From contig NC_087436.1 of assembly GCF_036321535.1 (NCBI RefSeq), forward strand, positions 41,294,001-41,358,000: a stretch of DNA of 64,000 bases. The letters are read 5' to 3'. The DNA is from Camelus dromedarius. Taxonomy: Eukaryota. The notes below the pieces were generated by a model, which saw only the letters and a list, made by a program, of their open reading frames with translations, was not told where the DNA came from and made no database searches. Positions 62,546-64,000 of this stretch are shown here, in pieces (the first letter of the stretch is position 1; each line of letters begins with the position of its first letter). A program made the translations under genes and the position numbers.

Positions 62546-64000
62546 CTCCATGTGTAAATATACATATACATATAATTATATATATTTTACATATATTATG
62601 TGTTATACTTAAAGATCACGTCATAGCACCCCTTATTTCTCTAAACCTTTTGAGTAATGAATTCATGATTGATTTATCACAGAATCAATTTTACTATTTT
62701 CCAAATATTTGATGGGTGATATTTGCAGAATATATGTGATGATTCTTAATATTTTGCTGATGTTTTATTGATAGAACACAGGGACTTGACATGATTTTAG
62801 ATAGCATGCAACCTGAAATAAAAGCTAAAACGTGAGAAATATAAAATGTTTTGAAAAATGTTCAAAGTTAGGATGCTGTGGTAAAGGCAAGTGAAAACAG
62901 ATGGCTGATGGTGGATCATCATCAATCTTAGTTACTTAGACCAAAATAAACTTCTAAGTTAAAGAAGAGTAATTCATCAGGATAGAGAAATAATCATTAA
63001 AATCACTTTTCCCTCAATCTGATTTTACATTCAGAAGCACACTACTTAGCTACAGTTATGTCTATTGTGCAAAATTGCTCCCAACTGGAGGATATCTTAT
63101 GCAAGCAATTGGTCTTATTTCTCAGACAGACTTAAAGCTTAGTTAGATTACTACATCTTACCTTGCTATGCTGTTAAAATATATGCATGACCCAAGAACT
63201 CAAATTGGTAAATTTATGCTAGTATACTTTTTATAAAATACTATGCAATCATATTAAAATATATAGGTTCATACAAATAATTTGAAACAGGAACTGTTTC
63301 AAATATTTAACTTAACAGGGATTTATAGGTGTGTATAGTATTTAGCAAAACTAGACAGTCAACTAACATATTGATAGCAGATTTACATCAAGGATCATGG
63401 AAACATACACACACACATTCACATACTGGAGTGAAAATATAAACAGATTTACACACTGAATTGAAAATACTATAATTGGAATTCTGCTATCAACTCCCCT
63501 ATCTCTACTTTCTTAGCACCTGCTGAGAATATTTAGCAATTTCTGAGGGCCAAGAGTTATGTCACAGCTTTGACTGACATGAACTCTTAATTTTCCTTGC
63601 ATAACAGCATACGTTCATAGCAGTAAAATGTGTCTCTCATTCTCCTGCCTCACACTGTTTGACTAAGATTGCCTTTTTTTGTTAGAGACCATTCCCTATA
63701 AATTCATTAGCCTGTGCATTTGCAAATGGTTAAGTATTCATTTTAATACAACCCTGCCTATTGTCTTCATGGAAGATTTTTCCTTCTTTTTATTTTGCAA
63801 ATGCTTCAAGAATACCTTACCACAGTGTCAACTTTTACTTTCTGGTCAGTTGAGCTACATGATTTCATAAAATCTCCACTCCTAATTACAACCACTGGCA
63901 AATGTATACTATAAGTTGATTATAATAACTTGAAGAGATTAAAAAAAATTTAGTCCTCTTCTGCATTTTAAAGCTTACGTTTTGTAATTACATGTTCATA

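Noticed and set aside
1..64000. Short ORFs (60-123 aa) in the supplied track as genes
   Set aside because: Many start at non-ATG codons, and they lie in repeats or have AT-driven composition; none shows a recognisable cellular domain
1..64000. CRISPR-like array, CpG island or prokaryote-type system
   Set aside because: No regularly spaced repeat-spacer array, no CpG-rich block and no operon-like ORFs; the sequence is repeat-rich mammalian DNA

Overview
AT-rich, CpG-poor mammalian non-coding DNA, either a large intron or a gene desert. Two tRNA-Ala-derived SINE copies and several related young L1 3' ends resemble camelid repeats, so a camelid genome is a likely but inferred source. No intact protein-coding gene, RNA gene or CRISPR array is supported; the ORFs I can recognise are L1 or ERV-L remnants, and the rest look like low-complexity or chance frames. 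Much of the window is interspersed repeat: old and young L1s, L2, MIR, MaLR and ERV-L elements, an ERV1-type provirus with two nested solo LTRs, a Tigger2 element, MER58A, MER3 and MER5. The best second-look items are an apparent L1 3' transduction nested in another L1, two short templated duplications about 0.9 kb from their apparent donors, an ERV-L remnant with RT-RNaseH-IN-dUTPase order, three motif-dense unique segments (possible enhancers) and one weak candidate exon. I found no convincing new biological system. Repeat family names come from recalled consensus similarity rather than a database search, and boundaries of old repeats are approximate.
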